From: Hyaloraphidium curvatum SAG 235-1
Lineage: Eukaryota; Fungi; Monoblepharomycota
DNA: 64,000 nucleotides
Direction of reading: 5' to 3'
Assembly (NCBI GenBank): GCA_025558095.1
Contig: JAIVFI010000002.1
Span: forward strand, 744,001-808,000
Shown piece by piece: positions 11,563 to 26,284 of the stretch. Within the stretch, counting starts at the first letter, position 1, and every line of letters begins with the position of its first letter. The position numbers and the translations under genes were made by a program. The notes below the pieces were generated by a model that made no database searches, was not told the origin of the DNA, and saw only the letters and a program-made list of their open reading frames with translations.

Positions 11563-12888
11563 ATGAGCGCCGCCGTCCCTGGGCTCCCGGCGGCGACGCC
11601 TTCCGCGCCGCGGCTACCTGACTTGAGGTCGGCAGCCCTGGCAGAGACCCCGCGGAGCAGCTCTGATAACCTTGTTGATCTCATCTCTGGGTCCTGGTTG
11701 CCGCATTCAATAGTGTCCGGTACTTCTGCAAGGACTGCCGGGACCCTGTGCCGAACATCATCGAGGACTTTTCCTCGGGGGACGTCGTCTGCGGGACCTG
11801 CGGCCTGGTTCTCGGTCCCCGCATCATCGACACCCGCTCGGAATGGCGAACGTTTGCCAACGACGATGGCGGCGGCGATGACCCTTCCCGCGTCGGTTGG
11901 TATCGTATCTCGAGCTCCAGGAAGATCCCTGGGTTGACTGTTCCCGGCAAGGCGGTCCGAGCGACCCTCTGCTCGGCATGAACCGCCTCGAGTCCACCTA
12001 CATAAGCGCGCGAGACTCTGGCACCGGCCGGGCCTCCCAGCTGAACCGCGCCCAGTACAAGGTCAAGGAGATCAAGGAAGAAAAGGCGCTCCTCGACGCC
12101 TTCAAGCAGATCTCGGTCATGGGGGAGCGCATCGGCTTGACCAAGGTCGTCATCGATGCGGCCAAGCAGTTTTACAAGAAGGTCGAGGATGAGAAGCTGC
12201 TCAAGGCCAAGCTCAAGTCGCAGGAGCCCGTCATGGCTGCTTGCATCTACATTGCCTGCCGCCAAAAGCATGTCACCCGGACCTTCAAGGAGATCTGCGC
12301 CTTGACAAAGTGCGTCGCATCTGAAGTACATGTGTGTTCCTTACGCTGATGTTTGCTTTCCTCAGAGTGCCGAAGAAAGAGATCGGACGGGTGTACAAGG
12401 CTTTGAAACCCCTTCTGGAGAACCAGACCGCCGAGATCATCAACATCGAAGGCTACGCCGCCCGCTTCGGCGCGCAGCTGAACATGAGCTTGGCGGAGAT
12501 CAGGCAAACCCAGGAGTTGGTGTCGGCGGAGAAGGAGCTGCTCTTGCTCGAAGGGAAATCGCCGACCAGCATCGTTGCCGCCTGCCTTTACGCCATCTCG
12601 TGGCTCAAGAAGGCGCAGGAAGAGGAGAAACTAAATGCGCAGGCCCGTGCGGACGGTGCCAAGTACGGCTACATAACTGTCCCGCCCACTGCGACCGCCG
12701 CGCAAATCTCCAAGGTTCGTTCGTCTGGACATGCGTTCAGCTTGCGGCTGACGGCCTCGCAGGTGTGCGGCTGCACGGAGGGCACCTTGAAGAACGCGTA
12801 CAAAACTATCTGGGAGCATCGAAAGGAGCTGATGGCGAGGACGAAATCGATGAAGGATCTCAATCCCGATCTGCTTCCCACGCCCTGA
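11563..12888 (+). CDS. SUA7: Transcription initiation factor IIB
   Basis: Zn ribbon [23 protein letters not shown]-reader [19 protein letters not shown], cyclin folds [16 protein letters not shown] and [13 protein letters not shown]. Confidence 0.96.
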
Positions 12889-13022
12889 TGCGGGACGGAA
12901 AAGAGGCTTCCTGTGACGATACCCATCTGTATTTCTCTTCTGTGGTCGTTTGCAATCTCAATCGTCGTAGCCATTCATGACAAAGCAGCAAATGGGGTCC
13001 CGTGCCCCCAGAATCATAGTGC

Positions 13023-15233
13023 CTAAGCGTTCTTCCGCACGTACGCCGTCCAAAGCTCCTCCGCCCTCTTGCCCATGTCGTCAGCCTCGCTACCGCAACC
13101 TTTTTTCCGAAGAAGGAGATCTCGCACACCAGCGGCGCAAGTAGCTGCCAAGATGTCCGATCCCGTCCTCTCCGCCAGCTTCAGCGCCATCTGAAGCAAC
13201 TGCTCCGCTTTGCTCGAGTCGCGGTCCGAGCTGAAGAACGCGCCCGACAGGCTGAGGATCATTGCCTGCAGCTGAACAGACTCGAGCACGTCGCAGTCCC
13301 GCAGTCCGTCCGACCACAGCGCCTTTGCCTTTTGGAACTCGCCCCGCTGCAAGAAACCAGCAGACTGGGCAACGCTGCAGCTCGTGACGGTGGCCCGCAG
13401 ATTGGCGTCTTCCATCTTCCTGAGATCGTCTTCCAAGTACCGCCAGATTGCATTCATCTTCGTCACGTCCTCGCATTCGGGACCGGTGTATATCAGGCCC
13501 ATGTTGAGGAGCGCGACGTGCCGAATGTCGCGGTCGGGCATCGCTGGCTGCCGGGGCGTAAGCCTGGAAGCAAGGCAGAGAAAGGCTGACGCACCTCCGC
13601 CGCCGCCTCAAGCCACTTGATCGCGTCCTCGAATTCCCCGGTCGAACGACGAAGCAGGCCCCATGCCAGAAAGAGCGCCTGTCTCCAACGATCCATGAGC
13701 GCAGCGTTCCTCGCCATAATGTGAGTTGCCATGGACAAGTACTGTAACGCCGTCCGTCAACGAGCTTCAGCGTATCGTGCGAATCGGCGCACCTTTTCCG
13801 CGTCCGCCGGGCGCGAGCCAACGAGTAGAACGTCGCTCAAGTTCAGCAAGGATTGCACCTTGCAGTTCATGAGCCAAGTCCACGAGGATCGAACCTGCAT
13901 CGGGGAAGCGGGCCGCGGTTCCGCGAGATTGCGCAACGCACGATCGATCAGCTTCAGTCCCTCGGTCAAGTAGTTCCTCGAGGCAATGGGATCGTCCGCC
14001 TTCCGTACGATTCCAAGGAGCAGCCAGGTCATGCAGTGCAGGTGAGTCCTGGGTAGCGCAGGAACAGGCACGTGGCGGTGTGCATCCCCATCGGAGCCCT
14101 TCACAGGGATCTGCATTGACGGATAAGGTGACCACACCGACATCGTTCTGTGCAGGTGAAATTTTACCTCAATGAAGCTGCGCTGCTCCGCTGGACGCGA
14201 CGATTCCATCTCGAGCATCTTCTCCATGCCGTGCGGACCGCAAAGCCATTCCCGTGCCGAGCTCGTCTCTCCCATGCGCATCAGCATCACCGAAGCCGAC
14301 ATAGCAAGGGACAAACGCAGTTCTCTGGTCGCCGCGGGCTCATCCTCGGACACGGCGCCAGGAGCCGGAAACGAGCCGGGGGCCCCAAGTGCTTCGTCCT
14401 CTGTGCCGTGCCCGAATGCAAGCAAAGTCGCGCATTGCTCCAAAGCCGACTTGGCCACCGCAGCTCCGCCCGTCCTTAGCGCAACGCCGGCTTTGGAAAG
14501 AAGCAGCACCGCACGCATCGCTGTGTCGCCCCTCCTCTCCGCGTCGCCAATCACACCATCCAGAAACAACAGACACTTCTTCGCCTCCGTGGAACGCGCA
14601 AAGATGTCCGTCGCAGTGAGTGCGAACCGGTAGTAGAGATCGTAGCGTTCGAGCCTGGGCTGCTCCATCAGTATCGATTCGGGACGTCTCACGACGGCCT
14701 TACTTGACAAGGTCGGCGATCGTCGACCGCACGAGCTTCTCTGCTGCGCCAACACCCTGGACCTGTGCCAGGAGGTGGCATTGAAGGAGGATGACCTCGT
14801 AGTAGTTCTCGAGGTCGTTTAGCGAATTGCACACTTGAGCCTGCGGGCGAAGGAGCGGGCGAAGGAGCAGGCAATGAGCACGAAGCTTCGCGACCATGGT
14901 ACGATGATGCGAAGTTTACCGCTCGTGCCAGGTGCGCCTCTGCCTCCGTGTCGTTGTGCGTGTAGTCCATGAGCAGGGTCGCCAGCTTCGTCCGCGCGAC
15001 CACGTCCTTCGGATCCTCCGCGAGGCACGCCTCAAAGCACCGGGCTGCAGCAGCTAAGTCGGCCTCGTTGGAGCCCTGCGGATCCTCGCCCGACAGTTGC
15101 CGCGCGACGACCAGCGCTGCCCGTGCAATATGCTCGTCGGCCTGCGCGAACGGCGGCGTCGGAACGAACGACCTCCGCGACGGACGCCCGTGCCCACCAG
15201 CTGCAAGAGCATCGAGCCCGTCGACGCTTCCAT
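13023..15233 (-). CDS. MAU2: Cohesin loader subunit Scc4/MAU2-like TPR protein
   Basis: AARCFEACL..ARTKLATLLMDYTHNDTEAEAHLARA resembles the Cohesin_load N-terminus; helical TPR-like repeats throughout. Confidence 0.7.
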
Positions 15234-15448
15234 GGCTCCATCTACCCCGAGCATTCAGTTCGGTACAGTATTCGATGTTTCTCAGAGGGATCGCAGTCCC
15301 TGTCCCTGTCCCACCTTGCCGTCCTACGACCTGCGGCAATGGTCGATCAGACTACACCCAGCCTCCCATGAACACAGCATCTACATTTCAGCACCTAGAT
15401 CGCCACCAGAAGCGTGCCTGGCGTCGCCGGGGGGGCACCGGCTTGTGC

Positions 15449-17667
15449 CTAGGCGGCCTCCTGCTCTAAGAAATAGTACTGACCGGCCAATTTCTGCTCC
15501 CGATCCTTAATGGAGTCCAGCTTGTTGATGCGCGGCCGGTAGTTCTGCGGATCCCGGCGGAAAGTGATCTGCAGCAGCTCCAGGAAGCGGTTGATGCCCG
15601 TCAGCAGCGATTGGGGTCTGCGGACGAGAGTCAGCCTGGTACGCAACCCGACGCGGTCAACAAACGACGTACGTGTTGGCGGTCGCCTTCTTGGCCGGAA
15701 CACCGTCAAAGACGATCACGCGGTCGGCCAGGTACGTTGCCATGATAAAGTCGTGCTCGACGACAAAGGCGGTCTTTTTCGAGTGGAGGATGAAGCGCTT
15801 GATGACCTTGCCGGCGATGATGCGCTGCTCCGAATCCAGGTAGGCCGACGGTTCGTCGATGAGATAAATGTCGGCGGGCTGCCCGAGGCACAGCACGATG
15901 GCGACGCGCTGCAGTTCTCCTCCGGAGAGGTTCATGACCTGGGAGCACGACATTCAGCATGCGGGCGCCTCGGCCGCGCGCGGCATGACGCACCTGCTGG
16001 TCGATGATGTTCTCGATCTGGAGCGGCTTCACCACGTCGGTGTTGAACTGCGGGTGCATGAACATTGACTTGATCTTCTTGAGGAACAGCATCCGCACGG
16101 TGCCATCGAACTTGGGCGAGATCTTTTGCGGCTTGTACGAAACGTGCATCTCCGGGATCTGCTCCTCGTTGTCCGGCTTCAAGAGACCAGCAAGCATCCG
16201 GATGAAGGTCGTCTTCCCCGTTCCGTTTTCGCCGAGCATGACGATGATTTCCGAGTCCGTGAACTCGCCGGCCTCGACAGTCAGATGGAACGCGCCTACG
16301 CGTGGCGTCCGGTCAGCGCTTTGCGGATAATCGCTAGTCGAGAAACATACCGAGATCCTTGACCATGTCGGGGTATTGATAACGCCGCATCTTGTCAGTC
16401 ACGACGTCGTCCGCGGTCTCGACGAGCCTGAACGTCAGGCTCTCGTCACGGAACCGCAGGTTCTCGGTCGGGATCATCCCGTCCAGGAAATGGTTGATTC
16501 CTTCGCGGACGGAGAACGGCATGGTCACGACGCCGTAGGCGGCGGGCATCCCGTAAAGCACGCAGATAAAGTCAGAGAGGTAGTCCAGGACGGAGAGGTC
16601 GTGCTCGACAGCAATGACGTAGCTAGAAGGAAACGACTTCAACGGGCAATCGCCGCACGTTGCGCAGGACCCACTTTGTCGGCTGCAGCAGGGACCGAAT
16701 CACACGGGCGGCGGCCAGCCTCTGCTTCACATCCAGGTACGACGAAGGCTCGTCGAACATGTAGATGTCCGCGTGCTGTACGCAAACGATGCCGATGGCG
16801 AAACGTTGGAGCTCGCCGCCAGAGAGCGCACCGACGTCGCGGTCGAGGCACTGCCGCAAGTCTGGAGGCCTCGGTCAGAGCTTTCAGCGAGTTTCGCCGA
16901 CAGACGGTCACCAACCCATGAGATCAATCATCTCCTCGGCATTATCGCGCTCCGTTTTGGCGTTCATGACGGCCTGGACCCGGCCGTTCACGGCCTTGGG
17001 AATGTGGTCCACATACTGAGGCTTGATGATGGCCTTCAGGTTGTCCTCCAGGATCTTGGTGAAGAAGTTCTGCAGCTCGCTCCCCCTGAAGTACTTCAAG
17101 ATGACCTCCCACTCGGGCGGGGACTGGACAGGCGGTCAGGCCAAGACGCCTCGATGCCGGCTGGTCCGACCCACGGAAAACTTTCCCAGATTTGGCTTTA
17201 GCTTCCCGCTCAGAATCTTCAACGCGGTCGATTTGCCGATGCCGTTGGTCCCGACGAGCCCAAGGACCTGTCCCGGCCTCGGGACGGGCAGCCGATGGAG
17301 CTTGAACGAGTTGGCCGAGTAGCGGTGCGTGGTCTGAGCCTCCAGGTTGGTCGGCAGGTTGATAATGTGGATAGCCTCGAACGGGCATTTCTTGACGCAA
17401 ATGCCGCAGCCGATGCAGAGATCCTCGGAGATGAAGGCTATCTTGTCTTCTGACGTGACCTCGATGCAAAGCTTGCCTGGAACCCGACCCGGGAACGTCC
17501 CGGTCCGTCAGCCGTGCTCAGGCGCCATGAAACGTCCGGATCCCACCCATGCGGACCACAGGGCACGACTTTTTGCACTCCTGCCGGCATTTCTTGGGCT
17601 TGCACTTGTCCGCCGACACAATGGCGATACGCGTCAGGCGCTCGTTCTCCTCGTCCTTTTTGCCCAT
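15449..17667 (-). CDS. RLI1: ABCE1 ribosome recycling ATPase with two Fe-S clusters
   Basis: [40 protein letters not shown], two LSGGELQR motifs, [27 protein letters not shown]. Confidence 0.98.
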
Positions 17668-17909
17668 CGCTGCTCCGCCCCGCTAAGATAGAACCCCACG
17701 CGGCAAGAACGGAGGACGGAGAGGCGGGGAGGACACCGCCGGAGGGGAGAAAAGGGAGGACGAGTTGAAGTGGCAAGAGCCGTGCAGAAAAAGCGCTCCG
17801 ACATCAAACCTCGCTACATCTTCCAATCCGACGACAAAATCGCAATTACATCATTCCATTTACACGTAGCGGGGAAGTAGGGGGGTATAGGTGGAGTCGG
17901 AAGCGCGAT

Positions 17910-18591
<682 letters not shown>

Positions 18592-19339
18592 TTCGGCGGC
18601 GATTTATACCGCTGGGGTCGCCTGCGAGCGCGCGGGGAGGAGTTTGGATGCGGGGAGGGGGCGGCCGCTGCACGCTCGCCGGCGCTTCAATCCCGCGATG
18701 TCCCGGCAAGAAGCGAGAGAAATCAACGGGCGTTGAATTCGGCGCGGTACGAGGGGGAACTATGGGGGATTCGGCAGTCTGAATTCAATCCAAATGACCC
18801 CGGGAGCGCCGAGGAGGTTGGTCAAACACAACTCCGCGCGGACCAGGGGCGACCCACGATTGCAAACCAGACAGAACGGAAGTAGTGGCTATCGACTTAG
18901 ATTCTGAAATGTCTACCAAATGCCAGGAGATGTCCTAGGAGGCGTAGATCGCATTGTTTGAAAGTGGTTGGACTTGTCAAGCGATCGAGGCACCGCGGGA
19001 ACTCAAAAGAAGCCAAAATCGGGGTGCTCCGACCTAAACGGAGCTTTAGCTGCTCTCGCGTATGTTCTTTTCGGACTTCTTGGGTGTACTCAGCTCGGGG
19101 GTTGCTTCGCCGGCTGTGCTCCGCGGGTGATGGATGCGCATCCCGCCCCTCTCCAAAGCAGATCCGGTCCCCGCGCAATCGCGAGCCTTCCGCGAGCCGC
19201 CGGTGCACCTGCTGCATTCGGTGCAGCACGGCGCGTCCGGCAGCGGTGGACGGAGGCTGCGCGGCGGGTCGCCCGTCTGACCGCTGTTGAAGTTCGCACG
19301 GGCGGGCACAACCCTCCGGCACGGCAGCGCGGAGCAGCG

Positions 19340-22300
19340 ATGAAACGCCCCGCGGCAGCGTGCGCCGTGGAGGGCACCAGCGACGCCGAGAACGAGTGGG
19401 GTTCGGACGGAGATTACGATGCGGAGGACTCGTACCCCACGCCGAAGAAGTCGCGCGGCGGCAGCCCCGGCGGCGACGACTCGGCCGGCTCGGACGCCGA
19501 AGCCAAGGGGCAGCCAAAGAAAAAGAGCAAGATGAAGCTGAAGAAGGCCAACACCGTCGTCACGAGGATGCCGCTGGCCCAGCTGAAGATCCGCGACCCG
19601 AACTACAAACCCGTGGCCCAGACCCTCGCGTACAGGAAGTTCGATCCCAACGGCTCCCTGAAGAAGCAGTTCAAGGTGCCGACGTTCACAAACGGCGAGA
19701 AACCGGACTCGTACGGCAGCGGCGGACCGCCCGTGCTGGGCATGCTGCGCCGGATCAACGTCCTCAGCAGAGGCCTGCACGACCCCGAGGAAGACGGCGC
19801 CATCGTCCTCTACGGTGAGTGGTGCAAACACGAACCGACTCGCCGGGATCTAAAGCCCTGCGATAGAACCGAAGCAGCTGAGCGCGCAAGAGCAGCTCGA
19901 GGCCCTCAAGTCTTCGAACCTCAAGAACGGAGTCAGCGTTGCAGAAGTACACGTGGTGGTGGATCCGATGCTCTGCAAAGTCCTGCGACCGCATCAGGTA
20001 ATCGGTGGCCGTTCTCGGGGACTGGCACCGTTCCTGACTGGGCGTCAAACAGATCGAGGGTGTCCGATTCTTGTGGGACTGCGTCACGGGCAGGAAGGTG
20101 GAGAACTACTACGGGTGCATTATGGCGGATGAAATGGTCTGTTTTCGCTGTTGCTTAGCCCGTGACGGTGCTCACACTCGGATGCAGGGCCTGGGCAAAA
20201 CGCTGCAATGCATCACCCTGCTCTGGACGCTGCTTCGCCAGTCGCCAACGCCAGGGAAGCCGACCATCGAAAAGGCGGTCGTCGTCTGCCCATCTTCCCT
20301 CGTGCGCAACTGGGCGAAGGAGCTGGACAAGTGGCTGAAGGGACGGGTCCGCTGCCTGGTTCGTTATTTCGCATCCTGTTCAACCGAGGCTTATATGATG
20401 CCATTGATGCAGCCCTGCGACGGCAAAGAGTCCAAAGCCGAGCTGACAAAATCGCTGGAGCAATGGATCCATTCCAAAGGCCGTTCCGTGGTCAACCAAG
20501 GTGAGGCTTGCCGGACTTTGATTGCCAGGCAGCAGTTTATGACGTCCTACAGTTCTTATCATCTCCTACGAGTCGTTGCGGATCTACTCACCGCTGATCA
20601 GCAAGGCAGAAATCGGGCTGATGCTCTGCGACGAGGGTCACCGCCTCAAGAACCAGGACAACCAAACGTACCAGGCCCTGAATGGTCTCAACGCCAAACG
20701 CCGCGTCATCCTGTCGGGGACTCCGATCCAAAACGATCTGACGGGTGGGTTTGAGCTGACGGTCGATACCGGTTTCGGCCAACACTGGTGGTCGCAGAAT
20801 ACTTCAGCTTGCTCAACTTCACGTGCCCGGGCTCGCTCGGCACTACTTCCGAGTTCCGCAAGAACTTTGAGAGGCCCATCCTCAGGGGCAGGGACGTCGA
20901 CGCCACGGACAAGGACAAGCAGACATCCGAGGAGAAGCTCAAGGAGCTTCTGGAGATTGCAAACAAGTTCATCATCCGCCGCACGGCGGAACTCCTCACC
21001 AAGTACCGTGGGTAACGGCTGCAACACCATTTGCTTTGCGTGCGTAACGCTCCGACCGCCCGACAGTCCCCGTCAAGTACGAGCACGTCGTCTTCGTCAA
21101 GCTCATGCCGGCGCAGATCGAGATGTACAAGAACTTCATGCAGAGCAAGGCCGTCAAGCAGCTCCTCAACGGCACGAGCTCGTCCCAGCCCCTGCGCATG
21201 GTCACTTTGCTCAAGAAGCTTTGCAACCACCCCGCGCTTCTGGACGAAAAGGACTTGAACGAGGTCCGGAACATCTTCCCGGCAAACTTCAATCCCAAAG
21301 CCGTACAGACCGAGTTCTCGAGCAAATTCGTGGGTAGCTCGGCGTCTTCTCCTTACATAGCTGAACAAACACGGTCCCAGCTGCTGATGGACCGGATGAT
21401 CAGCATGATGCGCAAGATGTCCGACGACAAGATCGTCCTCATCAGCAACTACACGCAGACCTTGGACCTCATCGAGGTGCTGTGCCGTGAACGGCGTTGG
21501 GGTTGCGTCCGGTTGGACGGGTCGATGCCGCCGACGAAGCGGCAGAAACTGGTGGACAAGTTCAACGACCTCGAGAACAAGGCCGAGTTCATCTTCCTGC
21601 TCAGCAGCAAAGCAGGCGGCTGCGGTATCAACCTGATCGGTGCAAACCGCCTCATCCTGCTCGATCCTGGTGCGGATGAGTGATGGCCCGAAGCTGCTCG
21701 TAGCTAAGAATCGTCCACCAGACTGGAACCCGGCGAACGATGCCCAGGCGCTCGCCCGCGTGTGGCGCGAAGGCCAGAAGAAGACCTGCTACATCTACCG
21801 CTTCATCGCCACCGGGACTCTGGAGGAGAAGATCTTCCAAAGGTTCTTACCTCCTCGTTCTTCCATGCGACATCTGACTCGTTCTGCAGGCAAGCGCACA
21901 AGCAGTCGCTGTCGTCGTGCGTCGTCGACGAGGAGCAGGATGTCGAGCGGCACTTTTCCCTGGAGAACCTGCGAGAGCTCTTCCAGCTCAAGGAGGACAC
22001 GCTTTGCGACACCCACGATCAGTTCAAATGCAAGCGGTGCTTCAAGGGACACCAGGTGCAGAGGCCGCCGGAGAAGGAGATCAATGCCGGGGCGGGCGCC
22101 GTCGACACGAGCCAGTGGAATCACTACAGCGAGCACGAGCTGCACAGGGTGAGCTGATCGGATCGCTCCGGACGAACGACCGCCAACGGCCCATGACAGG
22201 TGCCCGACATGATCGTGAAGGAGAACGGCAAAGGCTTGGTGTCGTACGTGTTCCAGATCCAGAGCCACGCGGGTTGGTATTGGTGTTGTCGGCTGCAGAT

Positions 22301-22352
22301 CTTCGATGCTAATGACCTCGAATCAGGGATGGTGGCCAAGGAGACGGACTGA
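19340..22352 (+). CDS. RAD54: SNF2-family recombination ATPase Rad54
   Basis: [96 protein letters not shown]. Confidence 0.96.
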
Positions 22353-22469
22353 GCTGCAGAGATCGCGATTCGCTTTGTCACGCTTTTTCGGACATAGATC
22401 TGGTTCATTGTCGTTTGTCAAATGTAGACAGAGTTACTGGCGAGGGTAATCGAATCTCCTGGGCGATGT

Positions 22470-24090
22470 TTAGATTAGCTTTCCTGCAAGCGCCCGGTCC
22501 TCCCACCAAATGAAGGCATTCTCGCCGGCGAAGAGCACATTCCTGGCATCGAGCGAAAACGCGCAGCATCGGATCGGCTTCGTGCTCCGTTTGTGCGTGA
22601 GATCGGTGACCAGCGAGTGCGTGCGAATGTTGAAGACGGAGACTTCTCCTTTCGCGCTGCCGACGCACATGTATCGACCATCGTTGCTGACGTCTAAGCG
22701 GCACCTGTTGCTCGTTCCGTTTCGCAGCTGATAGGTGTGCTCGATCTGCAGACTTCGCGTGAGCCGACGGAACATCCTCTTTGGGGCTCTAATCCTTACG
22801 CTCTTGCCATCCCATTTGACCTGAACGATCTTGCCATTTGTGGACTTGCACAGGAAGCAATCATCGGTAGCCACGATGGAATCTGCGAAGACACGGTTGT
22901 TAGCGAGGTCCAACGCACAAGTGCCGCATCGTTACCAATTTCCCCCGGGTGAAGCTTCATCTTCGATCCACACGCATCCACCGCCAGCCGCAATGCTTCA
23001 ATGCTCGCCCACTCGCCATCGGCTTGGACCGAGGCCAGTTGCTTCCGGAGCAAACCGATCTCGTTTGGAACGCTGCAGTTCCAGACGTCACCCCTTGAAG
23101 TTGCGACCAAAAAGCCTTCGCCCGACGGCTGAAAGCACTGCGCGCGGCGTCATGTGGACCGATGTCCGGCCCAACAATCTATGCAAGCTTACTATTGCAG
23201 ATGGGCGATCGATAAGCAAGGACGCCAGGCACTGGCCCGAAGGCACGTGCCACAAGCGAGCGGTGCCATCGCTCGCGACTGAAAGGAGGATGTCATCGTC
23301 CATCGGATGGGCTTGCAGATCGTGCACGGTGCCTAATGGTGCAAAGTGAGGACCAATCCATCTTCCGTACGAAGTTCTCGGCACCTGAATGTCCTTGCAG
23401 CTGACGCAACTCGGCCGAGAAAGCGAGACTCAATATGTGGATTACACCAGACGTGCCAGCAACGGCGAGAATGGCATCGTGTGGAGAGCGGAGCCAGCAG
23501 CAGGTGCGCAGCTCCTGGAGGGAACGTGATGAGCGCCGAGGGCTTCGAATGCGAGCAATGACGCACCCCAGCAGACGACGTTCCGCCAGTCGCTCCCGCC
23601 TCTCCAGCGAGCACAAAGTGCGACATTATGTCGAGATGGTCAACGTCGTGCTCATTGTCGTAAATGTTGGCCTTGACAGGGGAGTTTAGAATCCCGAAGG
23701 GGACGGACCAAGTCTTGATACCTGAGGTCCACCCACGGTGGCGACGATGTTCGGAGAGTCTCCCACTAACATCTCCGCTGAGATCTGCGCGGAATCCCCG
23801 AGCATGCTCCTCCGCCGGAAGTTGAATGCAATCTGGTTGATGTCGGCTCCGTGGTTCTCCTTCAGGATCCTCTTGAGCATGAGCTTTCGAAGCTGCCCCT
23901 CCGACGCCGTCCACGGTTCCATCTTGCTTGCAATGCTCTCGTCCTTCTTAGACTCCTCCGCTTGAGGGGGCTCATTGCCCGCGTCGCTTCCTTCCGCGTG
24001 AGGTGCGGGGTCCTCGGCTCCCCCGGGGGAGTCCCGTTTCCGCTTTCCCAGTCGTGCAGAATAGTTTTGCTGTCCACTTTGTCCCATCAT
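22470..24090 (-). CDS. EED/ESC-like WD40 protein (Polycomb EED or LRWD1-related)
   Basis: LKENHG..QIAFN, IVATVGG, ILAVAGTSGVIHIL..LQGHS..VHDLQAHP..ILLSVASDGTARLW, LTHKRSTKPIRCCAFS parallel the EED blades. Confidence 0.7.
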
Positions 24091-24171
24091 CGCGGTGCTT
24101 TTCACCTGCGACCGCAAAGTCCGTGCACGGTGTGGGGACCAGCGACCCAGAAACATTCGCGTTCCAGAGCA

Positions 24172-25153
24172 ATGTCCGAGTGGCACGATGCGCGCGTCTA
24201 CACGCGAGAGCAGCTCATTCCCGGCATGGCGGGCCTCTCGGCACACTCCTTTGCGCTCGATGAGGGCCCGCCGGTCGAAGTGTTCTGGTTGAATCCCGGC
24301 GGACACGCGGCGTCGGACCGCCCGCAGCAGACCCCCGTTGCCACCCCCTTGAAACTTCACGTGGGTCGCCAAAGTTTCGACTCTGCTTTGTATTGGCTTA
24401 TAGGAGCTCGCAGACGCCTCGGTCGACGATGTCAAGGTTCATCAACACACCGTTCAAGTCTCCCCTGGCGAGCGCCGCAGAGCACACCCCGTCTAGGACG
24501 GTTCCAGCGAAGCGCTCAGCAGCGACATCGGAGCGCCGCATGAGCCTTGGGCTGGCTCCGAAAAAGGCCAAGGGGACTGAGCATGCCGATGACGCGCTCC
24601 TGGAGTTGGAACGGCGAAAGCAGGCACTCAACGAGGAGCTGAAACAAGCTAAAGATCGGCTGCGTCAGCTTCAGCTTTTGTCAAAGCCCAGCGTGGGTAA
24701 GCTCCGAGACCGCGGCAGCCTCCTGTCTGACGCCTTTTGGCGCAGAACTCGCCAGCGGTCCTCGATGCTTTGACTGCCAAATGGAAAAAGGCAACGCAGG
24801 AAGCAGCTCTCGCGTATCAAGCCAAATGCATCGAGTCCGGCACTTTCTCGTCCGGGAAGCCCGAGGCCAAATCCTCGTTCTTCGACGAACCCGATCGAAA
24901 AACGAAAGCCGCGCAGAAGCCCGGATTCATGGGATGGCCCGGTTGGACTGGTTACGGATGGGCAGCAGACGACGATACGGACGAAAGCGAACGAGCGAGC
25001 GGGGAACCGGAGGTGAAGGCGGAAGAGGCAAGCAGCCAGAATGTGGAAAACCCGACGAGCCTGAAGGCGTTGCTCGCCCGTCTCGGCTGCAACGCAGAAC
25101 AGCTTAGGCAGCTCCTGGATTATGTCGAGGAAGAGGACTCGTTCAAACCGTGA
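24172..25153 (+). CDS. SFR1: Sfr1/Mei5-like recombination mediator
   Basis: TPFKSP, coiled coil, LDALTAKWKKATQEAA, C-terminal LLARLG..LLDYVEEEDSF; alternative start at 24429. Confidence 0.6.
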
Positions 25154-25221
25154 ATCAATACCATGTGGAGTGGGTCTATTTGGCCACGCCAGGCAGCAGT
25201 CCGTGCCCGTCGGGGCAACGA

Positions 25222-26172
<951 letters not shown>

Positions 26173-26284
26173 CGCGAGGGGTGCGCCAGGAGAGTTTGAC
26201 GGGCCCCGTTTCGCGTCGCGTCTCAAAAGCGCCGGCCAGAGCCTGGGCCAGAGCGCCGGCTCGCGTCGGCAGCAAATCGTCGGG

